Source: an uncultured Pseudomonadota bacterium (GTDB taxonomy: Bacteria; Pseudomonadota; Alphaproteobacteria; JACZXZ01). Taken from it: a stretch of 64,000 nucleotides of DNA. Both the position numbers and the translations under genes were made by a program. Below the pieces are notes generated by a model that made no database searches, was not told the DNA's origin, and was given only the letters and a program-made list of their open reading frames with translations. How positions within the stretch are numbered: position 1 is the first letter of the stretch; each line of letters opens with the position of its first letter. Where the stretch lies: contig CAVVLJ010000021.1 in assembly GCA_963749075.1 (NCBI GenBank), forward strand, positions 64,001-128,000, in the 5' to 3' direction. Positions 31,334 through 41,597 of this stretch are shown here, piece after piece.

Positions 31334-32092
31334 GTGACGTCCGGCGCCGGCATCTCGACCGCGGCCAGCGGCGGCACGCCAGCGCGCGCGGTCTTCCGGG
31401 TGCCGCTCGCAGCGCGCCTCCTCTCGCTCTTCGGCGTGCTGGTGGTCGGCGCCGCGAGTGCTGCCATGACGGCTTTCGCCGTCGTGCTGCTGTTCGGCAG
31501 GCAATGGCAGGTCGGCCTCTTCGTCCTGGCACCCTGCGCCTGTTTTATCGCCGGCCTCACGGGCTATGTAGCGCGGGATTTGCGCGGCAAATGGGGCCTC
31601 CGCGTGGCGCTCGACGCCAACTCACTCGCCCTCGAGCTGCCTGCCGGGCGCTCGCTCATCCACCGCCCGCAAGCGACGCACGCGATCATCCCCTATGGGG
31701 ATATCGAGGCGATCGAGACGCGGCTCGAGGCCTATTCCAGCCTCGGCATGGCGAGCATGCAGCGCGCCTACGCGCTGCGGCGCAAGGGCGGCGAGCTGAT
31801 CTTCCTCTTCGAGGACCGCGCACTCGGAACGCCGCTCGCGACCCCGTATTTTCAGCACCTCGCGGCCGAGATCGCCGCGCGCGCCCAAGTCCCCTTTCGC
31901 GATCTCGGCATGGTCGAGGGCAAGGGCAGCGTCCTCGCCGTCTGGGGCACGCAGGCGCCCGACTGGGCGGCGCCTTCCCTCCCGCTCGCCCGCCAGCTGC
32001 GCATTTGGCGGCACGTGTGGGCGACCGGCGCACTCGCGGTTGCCGTCGTCATCATTGCGCTGGTGGTGCGACTGCTGAGCGCTCCGCTGTGA
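31334..32092 (+). CDS. Hypothetical membrane protein
   Basis: 252-aa ORF with three hydrophobic segments and genome-like codon usage. Confidence 0.65.
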   Translation: MTSGAGISTAASGGTPARAVFRVPLAARLLSLFGVLVVGAASAAMTAFAVVLLFGRQWQVGLFVLAPCACFIAGLTGYVARDLRGKWGLRVALDANSLALELPAGRSLIHRPQATHAIIPYGDIEAIETRLEAYSSLGMASMQRAYALRRKGGELIFLFEDRALGTPLATPYFQHLAAEIAARAQVPFRDLGMVEGKGSVLAVWGTQAPDWAAPSLPLARQLRIWRHVWATGALAVAVVIIALVVRLLSAPL

Positions 32093-32130
32093 GCGCGGCC
32101 TAACGGCCTAGAACGCTCGCCCCGCCCCGC

Positions 32131-33948
32131 TCACCCCGCCTTGCGCGCTTCCTTCTTGCGCTCGTGGCGGTCGAGGTATTGCTTCCTGAGCCGGATGACC
32201 TTGGGCGTCACCTCGACGAGCTCGTCCTCGCCGATATAGGAGATCGCCTGCTCGAGGGTGAGGAGGCGCGGCGGGGTCAAGCGCACCGCCTCGTCCTTGT
32301 TCGCGGCGCGGATGTTGGTGAGCTGCTTGCCCTTCAAGGGATTGACCTCGAGGTCGTTGCCGCGGCTGTGCTCGCCGATGATCATGCCCTGGTAGACGCG
32401 GTCGTTCGGATTGATGAAGAGCACGCCGCGCTCCTCGAGGTTCCAGAGGGCGTAGGCGACGGCAAGGCCGTCGCCGAGCGAGACGAGCACGCCGTTGCGG
32501 CGGCCCTGCATCGGGCCCTTGAAGGGCGCGTAGCCGTGGAAGAGGCGCGAGAGCACGCCGGTGCCGCGCGTCTCGGTCAGGAACTGGCCCTGGTAGCCGA
32601 TGAGGCCGCGCGCGGGCACCAGGAGCGTGAGCCGCGTCTTGCCGCCGCCGGAGGGCCGCATCTCGACGAGCTCGCCCCTGCGCTCGGCGAGCCCGTCGAT
32701 GACGACGCCGGTATGGGCGTCGTCCACGTCGATCAGCACCTCCTCGATGGGCTCGAGGCGGGCGCCGGTCAAGGGATCGTCCTTGAAGAGCACGCGCGGC
32801 CGGCTGATCGAGAGCTCGAAGCCCTCGCGCCGCATGGTCTCGATGAGCACGCCCATCTGCAGCTCGCCGCGGCCGGCGACCTCGAAGGCGTCGCGCTCCT
32901 CGGACTCGCTCACCTTGATGGCGACGTTGCCCTCGGCTTCGCGCATAAGCCGCGTGCCGATCTCGCGCGAGGTGAGGCGCGTGCCGTCGCGGCCGGCAAG
33001 CGGCGAATCATTGACCGAGAAGGTCATGGCGATGGTGGGCGGGTCGATCGGCTGGGCCTTGAGCGCCTCCGTCACCTCGGGGGCTGCGAGCGTGTCGGCG
33101 ACGGTCGCCCGCGCGAGCCCGGCGATCGCGATGATGTCGCCGGCCTCGGCGTGCTCGATCGGCACGCGCTCGAGCCCGCGGAAGGCGAGGAGCTTGGTGA
33201 GCCGCCCCTCCTCGAGGACGCCGCCGTCGCGCGCCAGCGCTCTCACCGGCATGTTGAGCCGTGCGGTGCCTGAATAGATGCGGCCGGTGAGCACGCGGCC
33301 GAGATAGGAATCGTATTCCAGCGTGCTCGCCAGCATGGCGAAGGGTCCTAGGGCGTCGGCCTTGGGCTGAGGGATATGGGAGATGATGAGCTCGAAGAGC
33401 GGCGCCATGCTCTCGCGCGGTGCCTCCAGGCTGGCGGCGGCCCAACCCTCGCGCCCCGAGGCGTAGAGCAGCGGGAAGTCGAGCTGCGCCTCGCTCGCGT
33501 CGAGCGCGGCGAAGAGATCGAAGATCTCCTCGTGCACCTCGTGCGGCCGCGCGTCGGGCCGGTCGCACTTGTTGATCAGCACGATCGGCCTCAAGCCCAG
33601 GCGCAGCGCCTTGGAGAGCACGAACTTGGTCTGCGGCAGCGGGCCCTCGGCGGCGTCGACCAGCACCACCGCACCATCCACCATGTCGAGGATGCGCTCG
33701 ACCTCGCCGCCGAAATCCGCGTGACCCGGCGTATCCACGATGTTGAGGCGCACGCCCTGCCAGGCGACGGAGGTGCATTTGGCGAGGATGGTGATGCCGC
33801 GCTCGCGCTCGAGGTCGTTCGAGTCGAGCGCACGCTCGGCCATCGCCTGGTGGGCGCGCACCGCACCGCTCTGCCTCAAGAGCACGTCGATGAGCGTGGT
33901 CTTGCCGTGGTCGACGTGCGCGATGATGGCGAGGTTGCGGATGTCCAT
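32131..33948 (-). CDS. typA: Translational GTPase TypA/BipA
   Basis: [34 protein letters not shown]. Confidence 0.97.
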   Translation of the reverse strand: MDIRNLAIIAHVDHGKTTLIDVLLRQSGAVRAHQAMAERALDSNDLERERGITILAKCTSVAWQGVRLNIVDTPGHADFGGEVERILDMVDGAVVLVDAAEGPLPQTKFVLSKALRLGLRPIVLINKCDRPDARPHEVHEEIFDLFAALDASEAQLDFPLLYASGREGWAAASLEAPRESMAPLFELIISHIPQPKADALGPFAMLASTLEYDSYLGRVLTGRIYSGTARLNMPVRALARDGGVLEEGRLTKLLAFRGLERVPIEHAEAGDIIAIAGLARATVADTLAAPEVTEALKAQPIDPPTIAMTFSVNDSPLAGRDGTRLTSREIGTRLMREAEGNVAIKVSESEERDAFEVAGRGELQMGVLIETMRREGFELSISRPRVLFKDDPLTGARLEPIEEVLIDVDDAHTGVVIDGLAERRGELVEMRPSGGGKTRLTLLVPARGLIGYQGQFLTETRGTGVLSRLFHGYAPFKGPMQGRRNGVLVSLGDGLAVAYALWNLEERGVLFINPNDRVYQGMIIGEHSRGNDLEVNPLKGKQLTNIRAANKDEAVRLTPPRLLTLEQAISYIGEDELVEVTPKVIRLRKQYLDRHERKKEARKAG

Positions 33949-34040
33949 GGGGCTCGCAGAGGTTCTCCGGTTGCGCCGTAACATAGTGATTGCGGCCTGC
34001 CGGAACAACCATCGCGGCCGTCGCCGTTAAAAGAATTGTT

Positions 34041-34135
34041 CAGCGCAGAGGACGCAGGGGATGCGCAGCAGACGCGGGAGATCCCGGGGACGTCCTGACT
34101 TTGCGCCCTCCGCGCATCCCCTGCGTCCTCCGCGC
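34041..34135. repeat. Intergenic inverted repeat (CGCAGAG-type)
   Basis: gcgcagaggacgcaggggatgcgc ... gcgcatcccctgcgtcctccgcgc. Confidence 0.7.
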
Positions 34136-34158
34136 TAGTCCCTTCCTTACGTCCAGGG

Positions 34159-35169
34159 TTATGCCAGGCCTGCTTCGCGGGCGAGCTCGGCGAGCGGGCG
34201 CTCGGGACGCGCGCCGAGGTGGCCGATCGCCTCGGCCGCTGCCAGGCTTCCGAGGCGGCCCGCGCGCGCGAGATCGTAGCCGTGGGTGTAGCCATAGAGA
34301 AATCCGGCGGCGTAGAGATCGCCGGCGCCGGTGGTGTCCACCACCTGGGCGACGGGTGCCGCGTCGATGACGTGCACTTCGCTGCCGGCGAGGATGACCG
34401 AGCCTTTCTCGCTCCGCGTCAGGCAGGCGATCTCGCAATGGCCGCGCACCGCCTGGAGTGCTGCATCGAAGCTCGGCACCTCGTAGAGTGCCGCGATCTC
34501 GTGCTCGTTGGCGAAGAGGATGTCGACGTGCGCCTCGACGAGGTCTTGGAAGGCGGCGCGGTAGCGCTTAACACAGAAGGGATCGGAGAGCGAGAGCGCC
34601 ACCTTGCGCCCGCTCGCGTGGGCGACCTCGGAGGCCTTGCGGAAGGCCTCCTGGGCGCGCGGCGGGTCATAGAGATAGCCCTCGAGATAGGTGAGCTCGG
34701 CGGCGGCGACGAGCTCGCCCTCCACGTCCTCCGGCCCGAGCTCGATGCAGGCGCCGAGATAGGTCTGCATGGTGCGCTGGCCGTCGGGCGTCACGAAGAC
34801 GAGGCAGCGCGCGGTCGCCGGACCCACGGGTGCTGGCGGCGTCGGGAAATGCACGCCGAGCGCCTGGATGTCGTGGCGGAACACCCGGCCGAGCTGGTCG
34901 CTCTTGACCTTGCCGATGAAGGCGGCCCGCCCGCCTAGGGAAGCGATGCCCGCGATGGTGTTCGCCGCCGAGCCGCCCGAGCATTCGATGCCCGGCCCCA
35001 TGCGGCGATAGAGCGTCTCCGCCTCGCCTGCGTCGACCAGCGTCATGGCGCCCTTCTCGAGGCCGAGCTCGGCGAGCGCCTCCTCCCGCGCATGCGCCAG
35101 CACGTCGACGATGGCATTGCCGATGCCTAAGGCGTCGAAGCGCGCGTGGCCGGATGGAGTGCTGGCCAT
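34159..35169 (-). CDS. PfkB-family adenosine kinase
   Basis: GIGNAIVD, SGGSAANT, VVDTTGAGDLYAAG. Confidence 0.9.
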   Translation of the reverse strand: MASTPSGHARFDALGIGNAIVDVLAHAREEALAELGLEKGAMTLVDAGEAETLYRRMGPGIECSGGSAANTIAGIASLGGRAAFIGKVKSDQLGRVFRHDIQALGVHFPTPPAPVGPATARCLVFVTPDGQRTMQTYLGACIELGPEDVEGELVAAAELTYLEGYLYDPPRAQEAFRKASEVAHASGRKVALSLSDPFCVKRYRAAFQDLVEAHVDILFANEHEIAALYEVPSFDAALQAVRGHCEIACLTRSEKGSVILAGSEVHVIDAAPVAQVVDTTGAGDLYAAGFLYGYTHGYDLARAGRLGSLAAAEAIGHLGARPERPLAELAREAGLA

Positions 35170-35315
35170 GGGGTCTTGCCTCTCGCTCGTTGCGGCTTTC
35201 GTGGGGGATCAGGCGTCGCCGGCAAGGCGCCGGGCGGCGCAGTATAGCGATGCCGCACTTGTCCGCAACAGGATGCGCGCCGCTTGCCCCGGGCGGTAAC
35301 GCATATGGCCGCCTC

Positions 35316-35421
35316 GCCCTTCGAGACGCGCGCTCTGCGCGCTCCTCAGGGTGAGGTGGCCCCCGCGGTTGGTGGATTTCCTCATCCCGAGGGGGGCCGC
35401 AGGCCCGTCTCGAAGGATGAG
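35316..35421. repeat. Intergenic palindromic repeat element
   Basis: cccttcgagacg...ctcctcagggtgagg...cctcatcccgagg...cgtctcgaagg. Confidence 0.65.
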
Positions 35422-35541
35422 GAAATCCGCTCGGCGCCAATTGCGATTGCGCTGGCGCTTGCCGCGGGTGGCGGCGCTGAGCTAAGGAGAGGACGAGGAG
35501 CCCGGCCGCCGCCGAGCGCCGCAAGGGATCGCGCGAAAAGC

Positions 35542-36222
35542 ATGCTCGGCTATATAGCCTCGTCGCTCGCACAGCTCTCGGATGCGCGCATTCTCGCCGT
35601 GCTGCTCAAGAGTGCTGCGCTCACCGTGATCGTCATGGCGCTCCTCTTGGGCGGTGCGGCGCTCGGGCTCGCGCAAATTCCCTTCGCGCAATCCTGGCTG
35701 CATTGGGCGGCCGGCCTCTTGGGCGCGCTCGCCGCACTCTTCCTCGCAGCCGTGCTCTTCACGGTGGTGGCAAGCGTCGTGGTGAGCTTCTTCCTCGACG
35801 AGGTGGCGGATGCGGTCGAGGTGCTGCACTACCCCGAGGCGGGGCCGGCGCGGCGGCAGGGCTGGGGCGAGCTTGCCATGGCGGGGTTGCGCTTTGCCGG
35901 AACGAGCGTTCTTCTCAACCTCCTGGCACTCCCGGTCTATCTCTTCTTTCCGGCAATAAATCTGTTGTTTTTCTATGGCTTGAACGGCTATCTTGTGAGC
36001 CGGGCGTATTTCGAGCTGGTGGCCTTCCGGCGGCTTACGCCGCCCGAGGCGCGGCGTCTGCGCCTCGCCCATCCGGCTCAGATGCTCCTCGTGGGGGTAC
36101 TCACCGCCGTGGCGCTGACGGTGCCGGTGGTGAACCTGCTGGCACCCGTGTTGGCGACCGCCCTCATGGTGCATGTCTATCACGGGATGACGCGGGTGCG
36201 CCGGCCCCGCGGCATGCCATGA
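35542..36222 (+). CDS. EI24/CysZ-like membrane protein
   Basis: FLDEVADAVE..HYP, NGYL..R.YFE, PVVNLL.P. Confidence 0.82.
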   Translation: MLGYIASSLAQLSDARILAVLLKSAALTVIVMALLLGGAALGLAQIPFAQSWLHWAAGLLGALAALFLAAVLFTVVASVVVSFFLDEVADAVEVLHYPEAGPARRQGWGELAMAGLRFAGTSVLLNLLALPVYLFFPAINLLFFYGLNGYLVSRAYFELVAFRRLTPPEARRLRLAHPAQMLLVGVLTAVALTVPVVNLLAPVLATALMVHVYHGMTRVRRPRGMP

Positions 36223-36298
36223 TGTCCGGCAGCGATGGCCTTGCGCCGCGGCGGGCTCCTCTTGCGAGGGTCCGCTCGGCTCGGGAGAGGGGGTTGCG

Positions 36299-36964
36299 AT
36301 GATCTTCAAACGCAGGAAGCCCGGCGAGGAGGGCGGCAGCGAGGCGCCCCGCGAAGAGCCGCCGCCGCCGCTCGATGCCGGCGCCGCCGCTGCCCGGCCC
36401 TTCACGCGGCCGGCCAGCTCGGAACTCCTTGCCCGGCCGTTGCCCGCCGTACCCAAGAGTGCGGTTGCGGTGCCGCCGCGGGCCGATCTCCCGCGCCGCG
36501 TCGTCGACATTCCTTCGCTGCCGCGCCGGGTCGAGCGCCCGGCAGCACCCGCGGCAGACAGCAAGAAGCTGATCGTCGGCCGCGAGATCTGCCTGAATGG
36601 CCATATTTCCGCGTGCGAGCGGCTGGTGGTCGAGGGCACGGTCGAGGCCGAGCTCAACGACTGCCGCGCCATCGAGGTGGCGGATTGCGGCACCTTCAAG
36701 GGGGCCGCCGAGGTCGAGGGCGCCGAGATCTCGGGCCGCTTCGAAGGCTCGCTCACGGTGCGCGAGCGCCTCTTGATCCGCAGTTCCGGCCGCGTCACCG
36801 GCAAGGTGCGCTACGGCCGCCTCGAGATCGAGCAGGGCGGCGAGATCAACGGCGAGGTGAGTAGCCTGGGCGCCGCCGCGGCGCCGGCCCGGCATCTCAC
36901 GGCGGCACCGGCGGTCGACAGCAGCTTCCTCGATAGCGCCGCCGCAGGCGGCGGCGAGGAGTGA
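36299..36964 (+). CDS. Bactofilin (polymer-forming cytoskeletal protein)
   Basis: Pro-rich N-terminus, then LIVG..I.L.G.I..C..L.VEG.V beta-helix. Confidence 0.88.
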   Translation: MIFKRRKPGEEGGSEAPREEPPPPLDAGAAAARPFTRPASSELLARPLPAVPKSAVAVPPRADLPRRVVDIPSLPRRVERPAAPAADSKKLIVGREICLNGHISACERLVVEGTVEAELNDCRAIEVADCGTFKGAAEVEGAEISGRFEGSLTVRERLLIRSSGRVTGKVRYGRLEIEQGGEINGEVSSLGAAAAPARHLTAAPAVDSSFLDSAAAGGGEE

Positions 36965-37029
36965 CGCGGAGCGCCGCGCGTTAGATCGAGGGGTGCCGTC
37001 GGGGGCGGCGGACAAGGGGGGAGGTCGTC

Positions 37030-37668
37030 GTGAGGGGGGGCATGGTGCTGGCGCCGCGCGGCGGACCGCAGCTGTTGCGGACGGGCGCCGTGGCGGGCAT
37101 GCTGCTGCTCGCCGCCTGCGCCCAGCCGGGGGGGTACCCTGGCGCTGCACTCTCCGAAAAGGCTCCAAGCGGCTCAGGCGAAGGCCTTGAGGCGCACGCG
37201 GCGCCGCCGCCGCTCGCGGCCGGCGGCAAGTTGGCGCTGCCTGCGGCGGTGGCGCGTGGTGCCATGCTCGCGGCGATCCCCGTCGCGGCGAAGCGCACGG
37301 CCGGACCGGCAGGTGTTCCGACGCCCGAGGACCTCAAGGGGCTCGCCGCCGACGAGCTTGCGGCGATGCTGGGAGCACCCTCGCTCCTCAGCCGCGACGG
37401 GCCGGCGCAGATTTGGCAATATGCCGGCGGCGGCTGCGTGCTGCACGTCTTTCTCTATGACGAGCGCGGCACCTTCCGCGTGACCTATGCGGAGCTCCGC
37501 GTCGACGACCGCGAGGCGGCACGGCCGCCCTTCTGCGTCGAGCGCAGGCGGCGGCCGCAAGCGAGCGCCGGCATCAGCTTCGGCAAGACCACGCTCGGGC
37601 CCGGCGCACTGCCGGCGGGCTTCGCCAGGAAGGCGCCGCCAGGGCAGATTCTGACAGGGCGAATCTGA
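37030..37668 (+). CDS. Hypothetical lipoprotein
   Basis: LLAAC lipobox; LG.P...R.DG..IWQY....C.L.VFLY. Confidence 0.7.
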   Translation: MRGGMVLAPRGGPQLLRTGAVAGMLLLAACAQPGGYPGAALSEKAPSGSGEGLEAHAAPPPLAAGGKLALPAAVARGAMLAAIPVAAKRTAGPAGVPTPEDLKGLAADELAAMLGAPSLLSRDGPAQIWQYAGGGCVLHVFLYDERGTFRVTYAELRVDDREAARPPFCVERRRRPQASAGISFGKTTLGPGALPAGFARKAPPGQILTGRI

Positions 37669-37675
37669 GGCCCGC

Positions 37676-38320
37676 TTACGCCACCGTCTTCCCCTTGAAG
37701 CCGCAGAGATCGCGCACGATGCAGCGCCAGCACTCGGGCTTGCGCGCCTTGCACACGTAGCGGCCGTGGAGGATGAGCCAGTGGTGGGCGTGGAGCCTGA
37801 ATTCGGGCGGCACGCGCTTCAGGAGCTTCATCTCCACCTCGAGCGGCGTCTTGCCGGGGGCGAGGCCGGTGCGGTTGCCGATGCGGAAGATGTGGGTGTC
37901 GACGGCGATGGTGGGCTCGCCGAAGGCGATGTTCAGCACCACGTTCGCGGTCTTGCGCCCCACGCCCGGCAGCGCCTCGAGCTTCTCGCGCGCGCGCGGC
38001 ACTTGGCCGCCGTGCTCGCTGAGCAGGATTTCGCTCAGCGCGATCACGTGCTTCGCCTTGCTGTTATAGAGGCCGATCGTCTTGATGAAATGCTTGAGCC
38101 GCGCCTCGCCGAGCTTGAGCATCTTCGCCGGCGCGTCGGCTACCTTGAAGAGCGCGTCGGTCGCCTTGTTGACGCTGGCATCCGTCGCCTGGGCCGAGAG
38201 CACGACGGCGACCAGCAGCGTATAGGGATTGATGAAGTCGAGCTCGCCGCGCGGATTGGGCCGCTCGGCGGCAAGGCGGCGGAAGAACTCCGCCACGGCC
38301 TCCTTCCTCATGCTCGTCAT
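37676..38320 (-). CDS. nth: Endonuclease III
   Basis: LSAQATD, LPGVGRKTA, VDTH, C..RKP.C..C.....C. Confidence 0.96.
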   Translation of the reverse strand: MTSMRKEAVAEFFRRLAAERPNPRGELDFINPYTLLVAVVLSAQATDASVNKATDALFKVADAPAKMLKLGEARLKHFIKTIGLYNSKAKHVIALSEILLSEHGGQVPRAREKLEALPGVGRKTANVVLNIAFGEPTIAVDTHIFRIGNRTGLAPGKTPLEVEMKLLKRVPPEFRLHAHHWLILHGRYVCKARKPECWRCIVRDLCGFKGKTVA

Positions 38321-38427
38321 GGCTTCATGCTCGTCATGGCCGCCACTCTATACGGGCAGGCGCGCCGCCGGAAGACGCGGCTCGCGGCACTTTACCGCGC
38401 CCTGAGCGCCACCCTATAGTGCCCGAC

Positions 38428-38967
38428 ATGAGTGCCCCGCCCGACCCCAACGCGAGCGAAACCGCCGAGCCCCTCCTCTTCGATGCGGTGCTCGTGCCGC
38501 ACCGCAGCCTGGAGCCGGCCGGCTTCTGGCTGCTCATGGCGGTCGTCAGCGCCGTGAGCTTCGTCTCCGGCATGTATTTCGTGCTGCGCGGCGCCTGGCC
38601 GGTGTTCGGCTATTTCGGGCTCGACGTGCTGCTGCTCTATCTCGCCTTCCGGGCGAGCTACCGCTCGGCGCGGTTCTGCGAGACGATCAGGCTCGGGGCC
38701 GACGCCCTCGTCGTCGAGCGCTTGGGTCCGCGCGGCCGCCGCGCGCGCTGGAGCTTCCAGCCCTACTGGCTCAAGGTCGAGATCGACGAGCCGCCGCAGC
38801 ACGGCAGCCAGCTGCGCCTCACCTCCCACGGCCGCTCGCTCGTCGTCGGCGCCTTCCTGCCGCCCGGCGAGCGCTACGAGGTCGCCCAGGCCCTGCGCGC
38901 GGCACTCAGCCGCCAGCGCGAAGGCCGCAATGCCGGCGACTGGGCCGCGGCGGCCGAGCACGGCTGA
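38428..38967 (+). CDS. DUF2244 membrane protein
   Basis: L.PHRSL...GF, GAWPV.G.FGLD, G.FL...ER. Confidence 0.85.
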   Translation: MSAPPDPNASETAEPLLFDAVLVPHRSLEPAGFWLLMAVVSAVSFVSGMYFVLRGAWPVFGYFGLDVLLLYLAFRASYRSARFCETIRLGADALVVERLGPRGRRARWSFQPYWLKVEIDEPPQHGSQLRLTSHGRSLVVGAFLPPGERYEVAQALRAALSRQREGRNAGDWAAAAEHG

Positions 38968-39004
38968 GACCGCCCGGCGCGCGCCGGGCGAGACGACAAG
39001 GGCG

Positions 39005-39355
39005 ATGGCCAAGATCGCACTCCCCGAGAACGCCGTGCTCATGGTCATCGACCTGCAGAAGGCGATCGACGATCCGCGCTGGGGCCGGCGCAACAATCCG
39101 GGCTGCGAGGCGAGGGTGGCGGCACTCCTTGCGGCTTGGCGCGCGCGCGGCATGCCCATCGTCCATATTCGCCACGATTCGCGCAAGGCCAACTCGACCT
39201 ACCGCCCGGACCGGCCGGGCCACGGTTTCAAGCCGGAGACCGCATCCCTCGCCGGCGAGACCGTGATCGCGAAAGAGACCAACAGCGCCTTCATCGGCAC
39301 CGAGCTCGAGCCCTGGCTGCGCAGCTGCGGCTACGGCACCCTCGTCGTCGCCGGC
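39005..39355 (+). pseudogene. Isochorismatase/cysteine hydrolase, 5' half (interrupted)
   Basis: VIDLQKAID, HIRHDS, K.TNSAFIGT.LE..LR..G..TLVVAG, then switches abruptly to transposase sequence. Confidence 0.9.
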
Positions 39356-40115
39356 TACAATCGCGACAAGTTGCGCTATCCGAGCGATCTGACGGATGCG
39401 GAATGGCAGCATATCGAGCCGCTGATACCACCGGCCAAGAGTGGCGGCGGCAAGCGGAGCGTCAGACATGCGCGAGGTGGTCAACGGTGTGATGTATGTC
39501 CTGAGCACAGGGTGCCAGTGGCGCTACATCCCAAAAGACCTGCCGCCGCGGAGCACGGTGAACGGCTACTTTTGCCTATGGGGCTACAACGGCGCGTTGG
39601 AGAAGATTCACCACGCGCTCTACGTCAAATGCCGCGAGCAGGATGAAGCCGAGGCGAGCCCCACCGCCTGCATCATCGATAGCCAGAGCGTGAAAAGCGC
39701 AGAAAAAGGGGGGCCTGCATCGATCCCCATGGGTTCGATGCAGGCAAGTTGATCAAAGGCAAGAAGCGCCACATCCTCGTCGATACGCTGGGTTTGTTGC
39801 TGCACGCGCTGGTTACGTCCGCTGATGTTCAGGATCGCGACGGCGGGCTGATGGTCTTGGCCACGTTGTTCGGACAGTTCCCGTTCCTCAAGAAGCTGTT
39901 TGCCGACAGCGCCTATGCGGGGCCGGTGTTCCATGACGGCCTGGCGAACATCATGCCGGACCTCGTCACCGAAATTGTGCGCCGTTCGCGATCGGGCCAA
40001 GGCCTTCGTCGTTCTGCCCAAACGATGGATCGTCGAACGCACTATCGGTTGGCTGGGTCGTTGTCGCCGGCTGGCCAAGGACTGGGAAAATCTCAACCAT
40101 AACGCGCTCGTTTAA
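39356..40115 (+). pseudogene. IS5-family transposase, truncated at both ends and frameshifted
   Basis: [31 protein letters not shown]5G6 slippery site 39703-39713, [25 protein letters not shown]. Confidence 0.9.
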
Positions 40116-40189
40116 TTTATTAAAATATAATATTTAATTATTTAATATAATTAAATAAATTTAATTAAATAATAATTAAAAAAAAAAAT
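40111..40189. other. 79-bp A/T-only tract containing A11 at its 3' end
   Basis: No G or C from 40111 to 40189. Confidence 0.95.
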
Positions 40190-40224
40190 GAGTTCCCGCG
40201 CGGGCTCGTGCGGGTCCTAGAAGA

Positions 40225-40443
40225 TTATGCTTTTTGGTTCTTGAGAAGACGCGCTCTGATTGCGTCGCGTCCGCGCTCAAGGTCGTCTTCCATGAGAAGA
40301 TTACCCTGCTGCATAGACACGTTGCCGCGCGTAAATCGGCGTATCACGCTGTCGGCAATCTCGTCGTCTTCGGCGGCGGCATCGATGGGCGTGATGCCGC
40401 GCTTCAGCAAGAGACGAATTGCAAGGGTCCGCTCATTCTTCAT
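40225..40443 (-). CDS. Small hypothetical protein (72 aa)
   Basis: ATG with GAGGGAG RBS; downstream GC hairpin (40195-40214) then a T-run on the minus strand. Confidence 0.6.
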   Translation of the reverse strand: MKNERTLAIRLLLKRGITPIDAAAEDDEIADSVIRRFTRGNVSMQQGNLLMEDDLERGRDAIRARLLKNQKA

Positions 40444-40895
40444 CGTAGCTCCCTCGGGTGATCAGCGTTTCTTGCCATCCGCCCGATGGTCGGTTGTACG
40501 CCCTACCCCGCGCCGCCTCGCGGTCTAGGGAGTTGCGCGCATCCTACTGCGACATTTTGTCACAGCCCCACAGATTGGCTAGACAGGGGTCTGTACGCTT
40601 GCGGGCTTCTCGCGTGATCATAGCGTGTCCTCGCGTACGCGACACCGCTAATACACCTGAGACGCCAACGATTTGTGGCCGGGCGCTAATCGGACCACAA
40701 CATGTTGAGCAAGGGCACCCTACTCCAACATATTCGTTGAATTAAGCGTTTCTCGGCACTTCCTTCCCCCGCATCTCAATTCGTGGCAATGCGGGACCTA
40801 GCCGACTTGCGGGGCAAGAGTTAACCGGCGATGATGTTAAATAGGGGGGCGCGCGCCAACAACTAGGAGAGATTGCTCATACTAAGTGTGCGGCA

Positions 40896-41216
40896 TCAGC
40901 ATAGGCCAACACTGGCGCGGAATGGGCTGCTCCCATTCGCGCCAGAATACCGGAGATAGATTGATTTGGCGGTCGGCAACACCGTCACATTATCCCCCTC
41001 AATCGACCCGCGCCTTTTCCGGCGCTCTTCGTCGAATCTCTTTTTTAGCTCTGGCTCCGCCTTCAATCGTGCGTCGATAAATGCGCGCAGAGCGTCCGCG
41101 ATGATTCGGTGCTCGGGCGCGCCGCGATGGGCTTCGCAAAAATCGACAAGGTCGCTGGCGAGGGGTTCCCGCAGCTTCCACCGGCCTTTCGGCGGATTGG
41201 GGTCGGCTGTCACCAT
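40896..41216 (-). CDS. Small hypothetical protein, possibly RHH/CopG-like
   Basis: WKLREPLASDLVDFCEAH...RIIADALRAFI strand-helix-helix pattern; upstream repeats gtaccaac/gttaccag/gttaccag. Confidence 0.55.
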   Translation of the reverse strand: MVTADPNPPKGRWKLREPLASDLVDFCEAHRGAPEHRIIADALRAFIDARLKAEPELKKRFDEERRKRRGSIEGDNVTVLPTAKSIYLRYSGANGSSPFRASVGLC

Positions 41217-41297
41217 GCTTCGGACAGTACCAACTGTTACCAGCCGTTACCAGATTTTGCTTGACGGCGCTGGCGGCAGAGGGGCAAGATAGGCGCA

Positions 41298-41324
41298 CAA
41301 AAAGAGCGCCCCCGAAGGGGCGCT
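41298..41324 (-). terminator. Intrinsic terminator
   Basis: Minus strand AGCGCCCC-TTCG-GGGGCGCT-CTTTTTG. Confidence 0.85.
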
Positions 41325-41597
41325 GAGTTGCCGGATCAGTTTCTACGGGTGGCCGCGTGTGAGGCGCGGCCATTTCCGTATGTGAGCTTCGATGGTTTCC
41401 CATCGTCCGCGTCTGCACCTGAGGTATCTCCTTACGGAGACCATCCGCCCCCAGGGCAGTCCGCACGCGAATGCATCCATGTGCTGCTCCGCCACGGTGG
41501 GCAGGTTTTGGCCTGCCGACCTCGGAGCGCCCGATGCGCCCCGCCCAATCAGGGCGCGGGCGCCGTCCTTAGACGGAGGGCCGGAGCATTCGCGGCA
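41298..41597 (-). ncRNA. Candidate ~300-nt structured RNA of unknown family
   Basis: At least seven hairpins, including GAAA, GUAA and UUCG tetraloops on the minus strand; 9-bp long-range stem 41466-41474/41586-41594; TTGACC at 41628-41623. Confidence 0.6.

Noticed and set aside
38308-38340. 16-bp duplication TCATGCTCGTCATGGC at the nth start
   Set aside because: Small local duplication that only makes the start codon ambiguous
41298-41597. tRNA, tmRNA, RNase P, group II intron or hammerhead identity for the structured RNA
   Set aside because: None of their diagnostic motifs were found by eye
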